Shown: in pieces, positions 12,750-25,800 of the stretch | How positions within the stretch are numbered: the first letter of the stretch is position 1 | Layout: the number at the start of each line of letters is the position of its first letter | NCBI GenBank assembly: GCA_977017645.1 | Contig: OZ360220.1 | Location: forward strand, 262,012,001 to 262,076,000 | DNA length: 64,000 bases | Direction of reading: 5' to 3' | From: Torpedo marmorata | Lineage: Eukaryota | Translations under genes and position numbers: made by a program | The notes under the pieces: generated by a model | Databases searched by the model: none | Told to the model about the DNA's origin: nothing | The model's input: only the letters and a program-made list of their open reading frames with translations

Positions 12750-13060
12750 GAAATGCAGCTGATAATTTACATTCAGTTAGCTCCCACAAATAACAAAGTA
12801 TAAATGACAAAATAATCTTTTATAGTGACATTGGTTAAGAGGCAAATATTAACTAAGGTATGCGGCATAACTCACATTGTCAAAATACAGTGATGCTAAG
12901 AGAAATACAACAGCCACTCCAGATGAGGCAGACCTTAATTTATAGTTTCATCCAAAAAAGCAGTACCTCCAACACTGTATCATTCCCTCAATACTGCATT
13001 GGAGTACCAACCTTCCAACTCAAGTATTAATGTCCTCCCAACTGAGAAACACCTGATACC
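12750..13060 (-). mobile_element. Degraded DeuSINE-like relic (SacSINE1/AmnSINE1 type)
   Basis: TCATCCAAAAAAGCAGTACCTCCAACACTGTATCATTCCCTCAATACTGCATTGGAGT resembles the reverse strand of the remembered DeuSINE consensus; boundaries approximate. Confidence 0.5.
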
Positions 13061-13521
13061 ATGTTAGCAAAGGTTGAAAGCAAAACTAGCTCCTCTGATT
13101 GTCTGGATGTGACATAGTGTTCTGCAGTTTCATTATTTAACCTTTTTATGAATTATTTGATTAAATGAATGAATGAATGAATAGACCATTGTATAACTGT
13201 TTATTGATGGCATTAAGTTAGAATATACAATATGTGCAGCTGAAAACAGGAAGTTGCAAAATCTCCATGTGGTTAACAATGGCAATTGCACTTTCGACCC
13301 AAAAAGATAAATTAGAAGATTTTCTAATTTGTCAAAAAAAAATAGGTACTGTAGAACAGCAAAGAGATTTTGGAGACCAAATACATATATCATTTAAAGG
13401 CTTTAGACAAGTGCAAACTGCAATTTGAATTCCTATTGAATGTAACATTTATCTCAAGAGTGAAAGAAGTTATGTTCTAGGTGTAGCTTGAAGATACCTC
13501 ATCCTTATATCTCTGCTAGTC

Positions 13522-15181
13522 TTCAGATTTCAGATTTGTTGTCAGAGTACATACATGACATCACATACAACCCTGAGATTCTTTTTCCTGCGGGCGAGGC
13601 AGAATTACCACTTATTGGTAGTGCAAAAAAAAAACTGTACACAATGTGCACATGTAAACAAATAAAGAAATGTAAACAAACTGACTGCAATACAGAAGAA
13701 AAAAATCAATAAAGTGCAAAAGTAAGAGTCCTTAAATGAGTCCCTGATTGAGTTTGTTGTTGAGGAGTCTGATGGTGGAGGGGTAGCAGCTGTTCCTGAA
13801 CCTGGCGGTGCAAGTCTTGTGGCACCTATACCTCTTTCCTGATGTTAGCAGTGAGAACAGAGCATGTGCTGGGTGGTGTGGATCCTTGATGATTGCTGCT
13901 GCTCTCCGACGGCAGCATTCCCTGTCGATGTTCTCGATGGTGGGGAGGGTTTTGCCTGTGATGTCCTGGGCTGTGTCCATTTCCTTTTGGAGGGCTTTAC
14001 ACTCAGGGGTATTGGTGTCCCCATACCAGACCATGATGCAGCCGGTCAGCACACTTTCCACCACACATCTGCGAAATTTGCCAGGGTTTCCAATGTCACA
14101 CCAAACCTCCACAAACTCCTGAGGACGTAGAGGCACTGACGTGCTTTCTTCATGATGCCATTAGTGTATTGGGTCCAGGAAAGATCTTCCAAGATAGTAG
14201 CCCTTTTTACACTGAAAACCCGCGTTATTGCCGTATACACGACCCGTCTCTGGAAGCCGGCTTGCTTGTTCACACAGAACAGAAGAAAACCTGGGTTGGT
14301 GAGTCCTTTTACACAGCAAGCCAGCTTCCCGAAGCAAAAGAGGTGGGACGTGTAGCACAGCAGTGTCAGCGCCTAGTGTGTTGTGTTGAGAAAAGAATCA
14401 GATTCGGTAGGTCTGGACACAAGGGTTTGCAATCACACGTAGCTTTTATTAATTGTGTACTGTTTAACATTTTCCCACGCTCTTTTATAAATTGTGCGCG
14501 TGTGTGTTTTATTCCCGTAACATTTTCCCACGCTCCTTTATAAATTGTGTGCGTGTGTGTTTTATTCCCGTTAACATTTTCCCACGCTCTTCTACAAATT
14601 GTTGTGTGTTAATAAAAGCTACGTGTGATTGCAAACCACCGAATCTGATTCACACAGGCGGTGCTGACATTCACAAACTATGCACCTAGTAGAGTCCCCT
14701 GCTCTACTCGCTGTGCACCTATGACTATGAACCTTTTCTGGACCCAACATCACGACGTCATCTTCCCTTCCCGTTTCGACCCGGAAACATGGGTCGCCCC
14801 TTTTAGACTGGCCCCGCATCAATACGCTCCACCTCTGACACTACCTACCTTGGCGGATTAAAGCCGGGTAAGTTCAGACCCCAATCCGCCTTCGATGCGT
14901 TCACACAGCTAGGTGAAGCGTTCAAAAGGCGGATAATACCCGACTTTAATTGTCCGTGTAAAAGGGGTAAGTGACTCCCAAGAACTTAAATTTGCTCACC
15001 CTCTCCACCTCTGATTCCCCAATAATCACTGGATCGTACACCTCTGGTTTTCCCTTCCTGAAGTCAATAATCAGCTCCTTGGTTTTGGTGACATTGAGTG
15101 TGAGGTTGTTGTTGGTGCACCATGCAGCCAAGTTTTCAATCTCCCTCCTGTATGCTGACTCATCGCCCCTTTTATCCAACC
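13522..15181 (-). mobile_element. Rex1/Babar-type LINE, 5'-truncated, containing a nested MITE
   Basis: WCTNNNLTLNVTKTKELIIDFRK, FKFLGV, IIKDPHHPAHALFSLL, RFRNSCYPSTIRLLN; (AAATCTG)n tail; near-identical family member at 34715. Confidence 0.9.
14199..14969. mobile_element. Non-autonomous DNA transposon, PIF/Harbinger-like (771 bp)
   Basis: Imperfect 16-bp TIRs AGCCCTTTTTACACTG / CCGTGTAAAAGGGGTA, 3-bp TSD AGT; absent from the homologous LINE at 34.97 kb. Confidence 0.8.
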
Positions 15182-17005
15182 TTGACTTATACAAGTCTTG
15201 AATGGGGATTCGTCTGACCATTTGGACTGCGGACGGTCAGCAGGAAGGATGAAGTCTTTTGGAGTACACACTGGGACCAGGTACTGAAAGAGTTAACTTG
15301 CCCAGGACTTGGTGTACCCAGAGAGAGAGAGAGACCAGAGAGAGACAGGCTGTGGAAAAGATACTTTGTTGCACTTTTGCAAAAGCAGGTGCAAACCTCT
15401 GCAAAAAGCATTGAGGTTCAGTGGCAGTTTGGAGTTGCAAAGGCTAGAGAACACAGCAAAATCCAGGCTTGTGCATCCCAGGGAAAAAGGCTGGGAGAAT
15501 AGCACATAGCCTCCTGTCTCAGCAAAATCCTGAGTTAAAGCAACTTTTGTGGAGAACAGGCGTGAGATCAGCGAGACCAGCTGTGAGATCCCAGTACACG
15601 CCTCAATCAGCGGTATACTGATTTGGAGTCGCAATCCTCGTGAATCTCTACCAAAAAGGAAAGTCATCAGAGAAGAAAAGCAAGCCAAGTATTCATAAGC
15701 ATAAACAGTCATTGTCTCTCTCCAACGTTCTGGCCAGCACACAGAGCTGAATTTGGATCCTGAACATAGAGAGTGAATTTTTGTGGACTGTATCATTTTT
15801 CTGACTGACTTGTTTTTTTATGACTGACCTGGGTTTTTTGGGGAAAGTTTTTCCATTTTTACATGAGGGTTGGGCACAGACTGTAATCGTCTGGGCTTTA
15901 CACACACACACACACACACCTTTTAGATAAGAATAGTGTTTATAGACATTTATAGTGGGGTTAATTGTTGTGAAATTATATGTTTAATTGTATTTAATAA
16001 ATATAAATGTCAATTTTACCCCTTTTGCATTGCGTCTTCTGTCGTTGCTGGTTTGAATTTGTAACAGAAGCAAGAACAGAAGATGTAATCTTAACATACA
16101 AACATAAGAAATAGGAGTAGGCCATGCAGGAGTAAATTAGAGCTAAAGCTGTTGGAGGGCGATTGTGAAAATAATTTTTTTGCACTAAAGAATATAGGAA
16201 GCTGAAATTCTCTGCTCTCTAAAGGCTTCATATACTAGCGAGAACAATCTGAGTGTATGGAACTGAGATTGATGGATTTCTGTTGGGTAAAAGTAAACAG
16301 TATGTCACTGAAATACACTCCATCCATGATGTAACTGAATGAGGGATCAGCTCAAGGGGCCTAATCTTATCTCTCTGTTCTTCTTTTGAAAATAGACATT
16401 TGAAGTTCACAAGTAGAACATTTAAGGGTGTTTTTATGCAATGTTTAATCAGATATGAGCTTATTATACTGTACAGGAGTTTCAGGGTCCCTGAAGCTAT
16501 TTAGATCGCAGGTTGCTTTTACAATATTCTGAACTCAATGTTGCAATCCTTCTTAAATGTTACTCACTGATATTGTGCTTATCCAAGCCGATAAAAAAAG
16601 TTAATTAAAATCTCATACTTCCTCTTATAAAGTTCATGTATATATAAAGAAACTTATAAGTAAGAAATCCTAATCTGTGAAGCATGGTTGAATAAATTGA
16701 GACTGCCTTTTTTGATCAAATATGACCTTTAATTCTCACTGCTCATTAAAACGTCCAGCCAGAAAAACCCAACCACTGGTCTACTCACCCTTCCCCAAAA
16801 ACAATAGCTCTCTCTCCACCCCACTAACGACAATGAGCTTCCCAATTTCTTAAAGATTCTCCAAGTAACACTCTGGAGGCTGAAAATCTGAACTAAAACA
16901 TGCTTGTAATACAAAGCAAGTCAGGCAGCATCTGTAAAGAGTTTAAAGAGTTAATACTTCAGGTTATAGTTCTGAGGAAAGCTCATCAACCTGAACGATT
17001 AAATA

Positions 17006-19221
17006 CCGGAGGTCCTCGGCTTCCGACCTACGCGTGTTACGTCCACCCGCACATACGACCGAATTTTTTTTTTAAATACGCGTCTGCACATGCGCAACAT
17101 AGCGCAATATAGGGCCATCTGCGCAGTCGCCATTCTGTAGGAGCGCTAGAAACATGGCAAGCAAGAGGGAAAACATATCCCTTGCTGATAGAGCTGCTAA
17201 GAGACCGAGGAAAACCATAACTTTGGAGGAAAAATGAAAGCCAGTAACCAACATGACCAAGGTAGAAAGGTCAATGATATTGCACGCAGTCTACAGTTCT
17301 CGCATTCCACCGTGTCGATGATTTTAAAGGATAAAGAGAGAATACGCGAGGCTGTAAGAGGATCTGTAAGTTTGAAGAGCACAATTTTAACTAAGCAACG
17401 GCGAGGACCCATTCACGAGATGGAGAAGTTATTAATGGTGTGGTTGGAAGACCTGATTCAGAAACGCATGCCACTGAATTTAAGGACGATTCAGACGAAG
17501 GCTAGAAGTCTTTTCGAGGCATTGAAGGAGCAAGCGGGAGAGGAGTACATTGGGAGCTTCACCGCAAGTAATGGCTGGTTTAGTAGATTTAAAAGAAGGT
17601 ACAGTTTGCACAACGTACGAGTCTCAGGTGAAGCAGCAAGTGCCGATGAAGGAGCCGCCAAAAAGTTCATTGAAGGTCTGGATGAGTTAATCCATGATGG
17701 CGGTTATCAACCAGAGCACATTTTCAACGGAACGAACGTACATCCATAAAGAAGCTTGCACGATGCCGGGATTTAAAACATTTAAGGATCGAGTGACCTT
17801 GTTCCTGGGAGGCAACGTTGCTGGTTTTAAGCTGAAGCCTTTCCTGATTTACTGCTCCAAGAACCCATGTGCATTCAAAAACATTAACAAGCCCACCCTG
17901 CCTGTCCACTACAGATCCAACCCCAAAGCCTGGATGACTAGGGCCTTGTTTGAAGACTGGTTTGCTAACTGTTTCATTCCAAATGTTCGGCAATATTGTT
18001 TAGAAAATAGTTTCACTTTCAAGATTCTATTAATCTTAGATAACGCGCCTGGACATCCCCCTCATTTGTCGGACCTTAATCCCGATGTTAACGTGATATT
18101 TCTGCCACCAAACACAACTTCTATCATTCAGCCTATGGACCAAGGGGCGATTGCGACTTTTAAAGCTCATTACCTTCGCTCAACATTTGCACAGGCCACA
18201 GCAGCAACCGACAATGATCAAGCATCGTTACATGATTTTTGGAAAGGTTACAGCATTCTTAATTGCATCAAGAACATCGCGGCAGCATGGGAGAATGTTA
18301 CAGGATGATGCATGAATGGAATTTGGAAAAAAATGTCTCAAACGCTACGTTCACACAAGCTTGAATGAGGAGCATGTGCTTGACGAGATTAGAGAGAACA
18401 TGGTGAAGCTCGCAAGTCGACGTTGAAGATGTGGAAGAGTTATTAGATCTTGAATCAAAGGAATTGACCAATGAGGACTTAATCGAATTATAAGAAGAAT
18501 GCATTGCGGAGGAGGAAAAGAGGAAAGAGGAAGAGAAAGAGGATGAGGAACCACAGAAGAGGTTGTCCAGCGTTTTCACAAATGAATAAGGCCCTTGCCG
18601 AGTTTGAAAGCATGGACCAGAATGTTGAAAGATTTTCCAAGATTGATCGCCAAATTCAGGACGCTTTAAGTTCTTATCGTCAAATTTACGATGAAAAAAA
18701 GAAACAAACGGTGCAAACGAATTTAGGCATGTTCTTCAAATGTCCTTCATCAACCCCCTGCCCATCAACCCATGAAGAAGAAGAAGAAGAAGACCACAGC
18801 CAAGTACCAGTACAAGTGCAGTGATGGGATCAAGTTCAGATGGAGACTTCCGATTATAGTTCAAATGTTGACAATCTTTATTAAAACTACTGTACAGGTA
18901 CAGTACATATTTTGTATTAAAGTACTGTATATATGTTGAGATTCTTTATTATTATTTACTTTATTATTTACTTGAAGTTCATATGTTGAGTATCTTTATT
19001 AAAGGTACTATGCTGAACATATGTTGAGATTCTTCATTAAAGGTTCATATGTTGAAAATGTTGAGATTCTTCATTAAAGGTTCATTTGTTGAAAATGTTT
19101 TTGAAAAATTGCTTTAAGACCTCGTTAAGACATGCACGGTAGGGTGAATCCGACTTACGACCAATCCGAGTTACGACCAATCCTTCGGTCCCAATTATGG
19201 TCGTAAGACGAGGACCACCTG
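17006..19221 (+). mobile_element. Tigger/pogo DNA transposon, copy 2 (2.2 kb), transposase disrupted
   Basis: TA on both flanks, TIR ending CGAGGACCACCTG; ASNGWFSRFKRR, LILDNAPGHP, IQPMDQG; the DETG segment is deleted. Confidence 0.94.
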
Positions 19222-19399
19222 TATGCTTCCATTTCCACAGACACCACCTGATTTCTAGGCTTAGAGTGTTTATAACATTACCTGTATATTCCTTGAAGAT
19301 GTTAGTTTGCTCGTTCGTCCTAACTCCCTTCCCCTTTAGACTCTATTCACTCCTGAAGACTTGTTTTCCAATCCATGAAGCTATTGCTCTCTTGCCCAT

Positions 19400-19960
19400 A
19401 CCTAAAGGTGCACACTCTCCTTCACCCTACTCTCTACTTCCCTAAAGGGCCAATTTTCTATTGCACTCACTCACTCTTAAGGAGCTGAACCTTTCTCCCC
19501 ATCTTCTTGAAAGTGCTAACCTGTTCTCCCACCTCCTGAAGGTGCTGAACCTCTTTCTCCCTTCCTGAAGCTCAGCCTCTTTCCCCACTCCCTGATGGTG
19601 TGGACCCTCTCCCCCCACAGGCACTGACCCTATTCTCCAACCACCTGAAGGTGCTGACCCTTTCTCCCACCCTCCCTAGGGATGCTGAGCCTCTCTCCCA
19701 ATCCCTCAAGGTGCAGACCCTCACCACCACCCCCCCCCCTGATTGGGCTATCGTTCTCCCCTCCTAAAGGTTCCTAACTCTCTCCTGTAGCCCAGTTGTC
19801 GACCCTCTCCCATTCTCAAGGTGCTGACTCTCTCTCCCTCCATTCCTGAAGATGCTGACTGTCTCTTCTCCCTTCCTGAAAGTGATGTCCCTCTCTCCCA
19901 CACCACCCCCCCCCCAAATGTGTTTACCCTCTCTCCCACCCCTGAAACCCTTGACCCATG
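19400..19960. repeat. Degenerate pyrimidine-rich minisatellite (~30-35 bp unit)
   Basis: Recurrent CCTGAAGGTGCTGACCCT(T/C)TCTCCC core, more than ten diverged units. Confidence 0.75.
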
Positions 19961-21530
19961 ACTGCATTGATTCCTATTTAGGGAAGGGCTTAATCGGTAG
20001 CCCCCTGTTTATCTACTTCTATTTCCTAAAATAACATAAAGTGGGTGCTTTGTAGAAATTTGACAGCATGGTGTATTGTAACTCCACCCTATTCTATACA
20101 TTCACTTCCACATCATTCAAACAAACAAGTGCATGTACAAATTCAAATTGTGCATGCACATATCCACACACATCTCTTTTAATGAATGGAGGACAGGGTT
20201 GCTTTTATTTATTTCTGCAATGGCTGGAAGTTAAGTACTCAAAACTCAAAACAGTCCCGAGAGCCTCAAGAGCCGTATGCTGACAATGGCCTTGGGTTCC
20301 CCCACCAAAATAAATGTTCCAAAATGCACATAGAGAATATTTCATTTAAAAACCAAATTCCTTCTTGAACAATAGCTTTTGAGATAGCGCTGTCCTATCA
20401 TCACCCTACATTCAACTTCTTAAACTTAGCATCATCTTTGTTCACCAAATCAAGGTTGATCTGAAAGCATAAGTCTTTGTTAAATAATTTGTTGAACCTG
20501 AAGAAAATATTGCATTTATATGGCATTTTTCATGACCTGGGTCCTTCCCAAATTGAATTGGAGACAATGAAACACATCATCTGCAATCGTCTATTTGGAA
20601 ATGCAGATGGTTCAGTGTCTGGATCTCCAGGTGCTAATTTCTGCATTTCCTTTCGCACACCAAGGCCTTATTTCCTGCCCTCTATGTTAAACTACCTGGG
20701 TTCACTGGAAGATTTATTGATCGACTGTATAACATCAAAAAAGGTGAATTAGCATCCAGCAAACCGCTGCTCTGGCATCATCAAAGTCCTGGGCATGCCC
20801 GATTAACAGGTTCTTACTGCACTTTTGAGGGACATTCGCTTGTTTACGTTCATTTGTCAAAAAAATACCCTGTGCAGTATAATGTAAAAGGAGTATATTC
20901 ACCTCAGTTTGTTTCCCAATGTTTTCCAAGAAAATACTAAATAACTTAGTCCCACATGTTTGCATGCATAACCATTAAATATAGCACATAAAATATGTGA
21001 CAAGCTGAGTTTCAAAGACGTGAATGCCCCAGCATTGGAGCTGGATTACCTACAGTCTTCCAAAGTGAATATTGTACCTCCACTGACACAAAAGCTTGTG
21101 GGGTCAGAGAGGGAATGCATCCAGCCAGTATCGTTTGTTAGCGAACTTTGCTGTAAATTTCACATGGGCAGAACCACTCACTTCCCAGGTTCATTCTTGG
21201 TGAGGAATGGCAACTTTAGAGAGGTGTTATTGGTGGAAAACCAGCTGTAAATTACAACTTCCACCGTCACCCACCCCACAAATCCCCACCAAGTCCAGAA
21301 ACCTTTCCTACCAGACAAGAGGAGAAAATTCAAGGAAGAGTTTTCAGCAAGAAAATAACATATCCATTATTTCACAGGAACCTCAAACTCTTCGAGTTAG
21401 AATTCCAGACCCAACAAACACACGCTGATCTGTGAGGGCAGATATTAGATCGTTTGTAAATCTTCAGAAATAAACAGTAAACTTATTTTTTGCACATTCA
21501 TTGTTCTTAAGTCACCTTCTCTAAGACTTT

Positions 21531-22793
21531 TCAAGATCACAAGATATAGGAGCAGAAGTAGGCCCATCGGCCAATCGAGTCTGCTCTGCCATTCTAATCA
21601 TGAGCTGATCCATCCTCCCACTCAGCCCCACTCCCCAACTTTCTCCCCATAACCCTTGATGCCCTGACTAATCTAATACCTGTCAATCTCTGCCTTAAAT
21701 ACACCCAATGACCTCGCTTCCACAGCCACCTCTGGCAACAAGTTCCACATACTCACGACCCTCTGATTAAAGAAATTTTTCCGCACCTCTTTTTTAAATT
21801 GACGCCCTTTTATCCTGAAGTTGTGCCCTCTTGTCCTAGAATTCCTCCACCATGGGAAACATCCTTGCCACATCTACTCTGTCCAGGCTTTTCAGCACTC
21901 AAAATGCCTCTATGAGGTCTCCCCTCACCCTTCTGTACTTCAATGAGTACAGTCCAAGAGCCGACAATAGTTCCTCATATGCTAACCCTTTCATTCCTGG
22001 TATCATTCTAGTAAACCTTCTCTGAACCCTCTCCAACACCAGCACATCTTTTCTCAAATAAGATGCCCAAAACTGTACACAGTACTCCAAATGAGGTCTC
22101 ACCAGTGCTTTATAGAGTCTCAACATTACATCCCTACTCTTATATGCTATTCCTCTAGAAATAAATGCCAGCATTGGTTTCTCCTTCTTCACCACTGACT
22201 CAACCTGGAGGTTAACCTTTAGGGTATCCTGCACGAGGACTCCAAAGTCCCTTTGCACCTCTGAATTTTGAATTTTCTCCCCCATCTAAATAATAGTCTG
22301 CCTGTCTATTTCTTCTACCAAAGTGCATGACTATACACTTTCAAACATTGTATTTCATCTGTCACCTTTTTGCCCATTCCCCTAATCTATCCAAGTCTCT
22401 CTGCCGCCTTTCGGTATCCTTAGCACCACCTCCCCACCACCAATTTTGGTATCATCTGCAAATTTAGCCAGAAATCCATCTATTCCATAATCCAAATCAT
22501 TTATATACAACGTAAAAAGAAGCGGCCCCAATACCGACCCCTGCAGAATACCACTGGTAACCAGTAGCCAACCAGAATAGGATCCCTTTATTCCTATTTT
22601 CTGTTTCCTGCCGAGCAGCCAATGCTCTACCCATGCTAGTATCCTTCCTGTAATTCCATGGGCTCTCATCTTATTTAGCAGCTTTATTTGTGGCACCTTG
22701 TCAAAAGCCTTTTGAAAGTCCAAATACACAACATCCACTGCTTCTCCCCTGTCTATCCTACTTGTGATTTCTTCAAAAAATTGCAATAGGTTT
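21531..22793 (-). mobile_element. CR1 LINE, 5'-truncated (RT C-terminal part + 3'UTR)
   Basis: YLDFQKAFDKVP, QGSVLGP, KFADDTK, LVRPHLEYCVQFW; (TCTTGTGA)n tail. Confidence 0.93.
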
Positions 22794-22794
22794 C

Positions 22795-23240
22795 ACTGCA
22801 CTTTTGGAGTTCATCACTGCGTGGTACAGTAATTACTACACCCAAGACCGCAAGAAACTGCATAGGCTCATTCCATCTTACAGATCCTATCGGCTCCATT
22901 TATAACTTCCAATGCCTTGGAAAAGCAGCCAACATATTAAAAGACTAATCCACCTCAGCCACGATCTCTTCAGCCCCCTCTCATCTGGAAGAAGATTCGC
23001 AGATGTGAGGTCACACACCACCAGATTCAAGGACAGTAGCTTTCCTGGCATTATCAGAATAAACCCCAAAGTTATAAAATTATGTTGCCTTTGCTCTGTA
23101 CCAACTGATCTCTCCATCTAACTCGGCACTTGTGCACTTTTGTACTGTGTCTTACTCATTGTACTATGTCTGAGATCTGATCGCAAAACAACCGCTATTA
23201 CTGTATTTTTCATCCCTGTGATAATAAACTTGAACTTGAA
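22795..23240 (+). mobile_element. Rex1-type LINE 3' fragment (second family, degraded)
   Basis: HLSHDLFSPLSSGRRFADVRSHTTRFKDS; ends AATAAA(CTTGAA)n. Confidence 0.75.
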
Positions 23241-23341
23241 TGTCAAGTATGTCAGCCATAATTCAATTTTCTTTTCAGGATGTGAAAGTTGCTAGCAGAA
23301 TTCAGTACTCCACCCTAATTGTCTTTGAAAAGGTGATTGGT

Positions 23342-23697
23342 CAGGGTCGGCGCCAGAACGAGTGTTAGAGGGGGGCATTAGGGTAACCGGGAGGGTGGGG
23401 GGCACAGTCCGAGAGTCATAAACTCGCTCAGCTGTGTGGGGGGGCTGGTGGGGTACCTTCCGAACGGACGTAAACCTCCGTCCCCTTCGACGGTAGCAGC
23501 CGAAAGTGCTGCTTTTATTGCGTTGAGTCACTAGCGTGCGTCAAGCTAGACGCTAGTGATGCTTGACGCACGCAAGTGACGCGGGCGGGGGCGGGGGCGG
23601 GGGGCAGGTCTGACGGCGAGCGATGGGGGGCACAACACCTCGCTTGGGGGGCAATGCCCGCGAATGCCCCCCCCCCCCCCCCTTGGCGCCGACCCTG
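23342..23697. mobile_element. hAT-superfamily MITE (356 bp)
   Basis: Perfect 14-bp TIR CAGGGTCGGCGCCA and perfect 8-bp TSD TGATTGGT; GC/CpG-rich. Confidence 0.92.
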
Positions 23698-23849
23698 TGA
23701 TTGGTCTTCTTCAACATTTGCATTCCTTCCAGTGATAATACACCCAGTTATGTCCAGGATTTAAACCCACTAACAATGGAAGGATAGTGATATATTTACA
23801 AGTCAGGATAGTGCGTGTGATTTGACAGGGAACCTGCAGTTCATACTCA

Positions 23850-24200
23850 TCTCTGAACAGTAGCTTGTGAATTTAAGTCACAATCCAGCAACTTGAGCTC
23901 ATAAACCCAGGTTTAACATGTTAATGTTGTCATCCTGATGGTGTGATGAAATACTAAAACCAAGGACCTGACTTCTCTCTCATGTGGATATATCATCACA
24001 ATCAGAAGAAAATTAGGTTTATTATCCCTGTTATCATGGCAACATGCATCCTTCAAACAAATTACTTACAAATATTATTTGGTCATTTTCAAATTGCATC
24101 TTAAAGGCCTATGTTATCTCCAAACTATTTGCTATATCTCCTACATATCAATATTGCCTTCATTTTGAAAGTTCTTTATTGGACGCAAAATATATTTTGG
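23850..24200 (+). mobile_element. Degraded DeuSINE-like relic
   Basis: ACTTGAGCTCATAAACCCAGG...GATGAAATACTAAAACCAAGGACCTG...CATGTGGAT resembles the remembered Deu-domain consensus; boundaries approximate. Confidence 0.4.
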
Positions 24201-24451
24201 ACAACATGAGATTGTGAAAGGTACCATAAATACTTCTGCTTTCGAGTATGGATATCAATGTGTTTTTATGATAAAGAAACCATATCCTAATGGTAATGAT
24301 TGTTTAGAATTCTGTTCACTGGTAAAAGTAGACAAAGCCAAAATGACTCAAAATCGCAGCAGTGTGGGGACCCATACTATTTGAGGATTATTGACCCCTT
24401 CCTTTCAACTCAAGCGAAATTAGACTTTTACCATGCCACTGTGATGTTGTA

Positions 24452-24675
24452 CAGTAAAACCCCTGGTATCTGGCACCTATGGGGATTGGTAGATGCCAGA
24501 TAAGTGAATTTTACGGTTGTTTGAGATTGCGCGTTGCGTGATTGGCGAACTAACGGCGAGGTGCGCCAATTTTAAACTTCCATATTTGTTACCTATATAT
24601 TTTCCGTGGGTTTTTTTTTTTACAGTTGCTTGAGGCTGCCGGTTGCTTTAATTCCGGATAACAGGGGTTTTACTG
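24452..24675. mobile_element. Tc1/mariner (Tigger-type) MITE (224 bp)
   Basis: TIRs CAGTAAAACCCCTGGTATCTGG / CCGGATAACAGGGGTTTTACTG with TA duplication. Confidence 0.9.
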
Positions 24676-24738
24676 TATTTTTAGAGAATATCTTTGTGCT
24701 AGACTGTAATTATATAATCTATTGTCATGACTAAATTG

Positions 24739-25800
24739 TGTCTATTGGAGCAAGAAGGAAATCTGAATGTTCTTGATATACTACTTTTTCAAATGATCTT
24801 GTTTATTATTGATGAGCAGAAGCAAATGTTTATCCAGGCCCTATACCTTCTCTTTTGCAATTTGTGCTCTGTATGAGATTTTATAGCATGTAATGTTTGC
24901 AATGTATTTTGCCATAACAGAGGTGTGTTCTTCAGCATATTCATTCTGATGTTGTTTGCATTACTATTTAATTGAAAGACTACTGTAGAGCAGGAGCTAA
25001 TAAGGTGATAGCTATCACAGGTCAGAGACTGAATTTGTTAGGTGATTGGGAGAGGGTGTGTTTAGTGTGCAGACTATTGGGATATAATTACAATGTATTA
25101 GAAAATATGTACCAGATCTTGTTATAAATTGAATTTGACAGTACTCCATATTCTGGTTATCCAGCACAGTGAAATACAAACATATTCAATAGACAAGCAG
25201 CCTTTACCTGAAATAGATAAATGGAAGGTTATTTTAGAGCAATTATATTTTGGAGCAAATACATTTTCAAATAGTGCAATGCCAATCATTAGGAACTTCA
25301 CTGAAACCATACAGTGCATAACACAATGATCAGTAAGGTTTTGTAACACAAAAATATGCAAAAGTAGCATGTCAGAAAAAATATCACACACTACAAGTAC
25401 TCTGTAAAATGATAACCATTCTGGTATGAATTGGAACCAAATTGCTTATCATCTTCCCACTCCCAGTCTTGAACAAATTCAGTAAACAGGGATTACAGCT
25501 TCAGGTTTCTGACCTGTGATAGCTAAAACCCTATTAGCTCCTGCTCTACAGCAGTCTTTCAATTAACTGGTAATGCAAACATCGTCACAATGAATACAGT
25601 TAAACCCAAGAACACACCTCTGCTATGGCAAAATGCTTTGCAAACATTACATGCCATAAAATCTCATACAGAGCACAAATTGCAAAAGTGAAGGTGAGGG
25701 CCTGGATAAAATTTGCTTCCGCCCATCAATAACCAAGATCATTTTTAAAAGTAGTACATCCTGAACATTCAGATAGATATCATTCTTGCTCCAATAGACA
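24739..25800. repeat. Long inverted repeat: arms 24739-25033 and 25500-25800, ~465-bp spacer
   Basis: Arms are reverse-complementary along about 295 bp with long perfect blocks, e.g. CTTTTGCAATTTGTGCTCTGTATGAGATTTTAT. Confidence 0.93.

Larger units (their letters stand above)
13441..16066 (+). mobile_element. Probable solo LTR (~0.95 kb net) split by a Rex1-type LINE
   Basis: TGTAACA at both ends, AATAAA about 70 bp before the 3' end, non-coding; only GAA is duplicated on the flanks, so the left boundary is uncertain. Confidence 0.45.

Noticed and set aside
14440-14620. CRISPR-like repeat array
   Set aside because: Eukaryotic context; contiguous tandem units without unique spacers, inside a MITE
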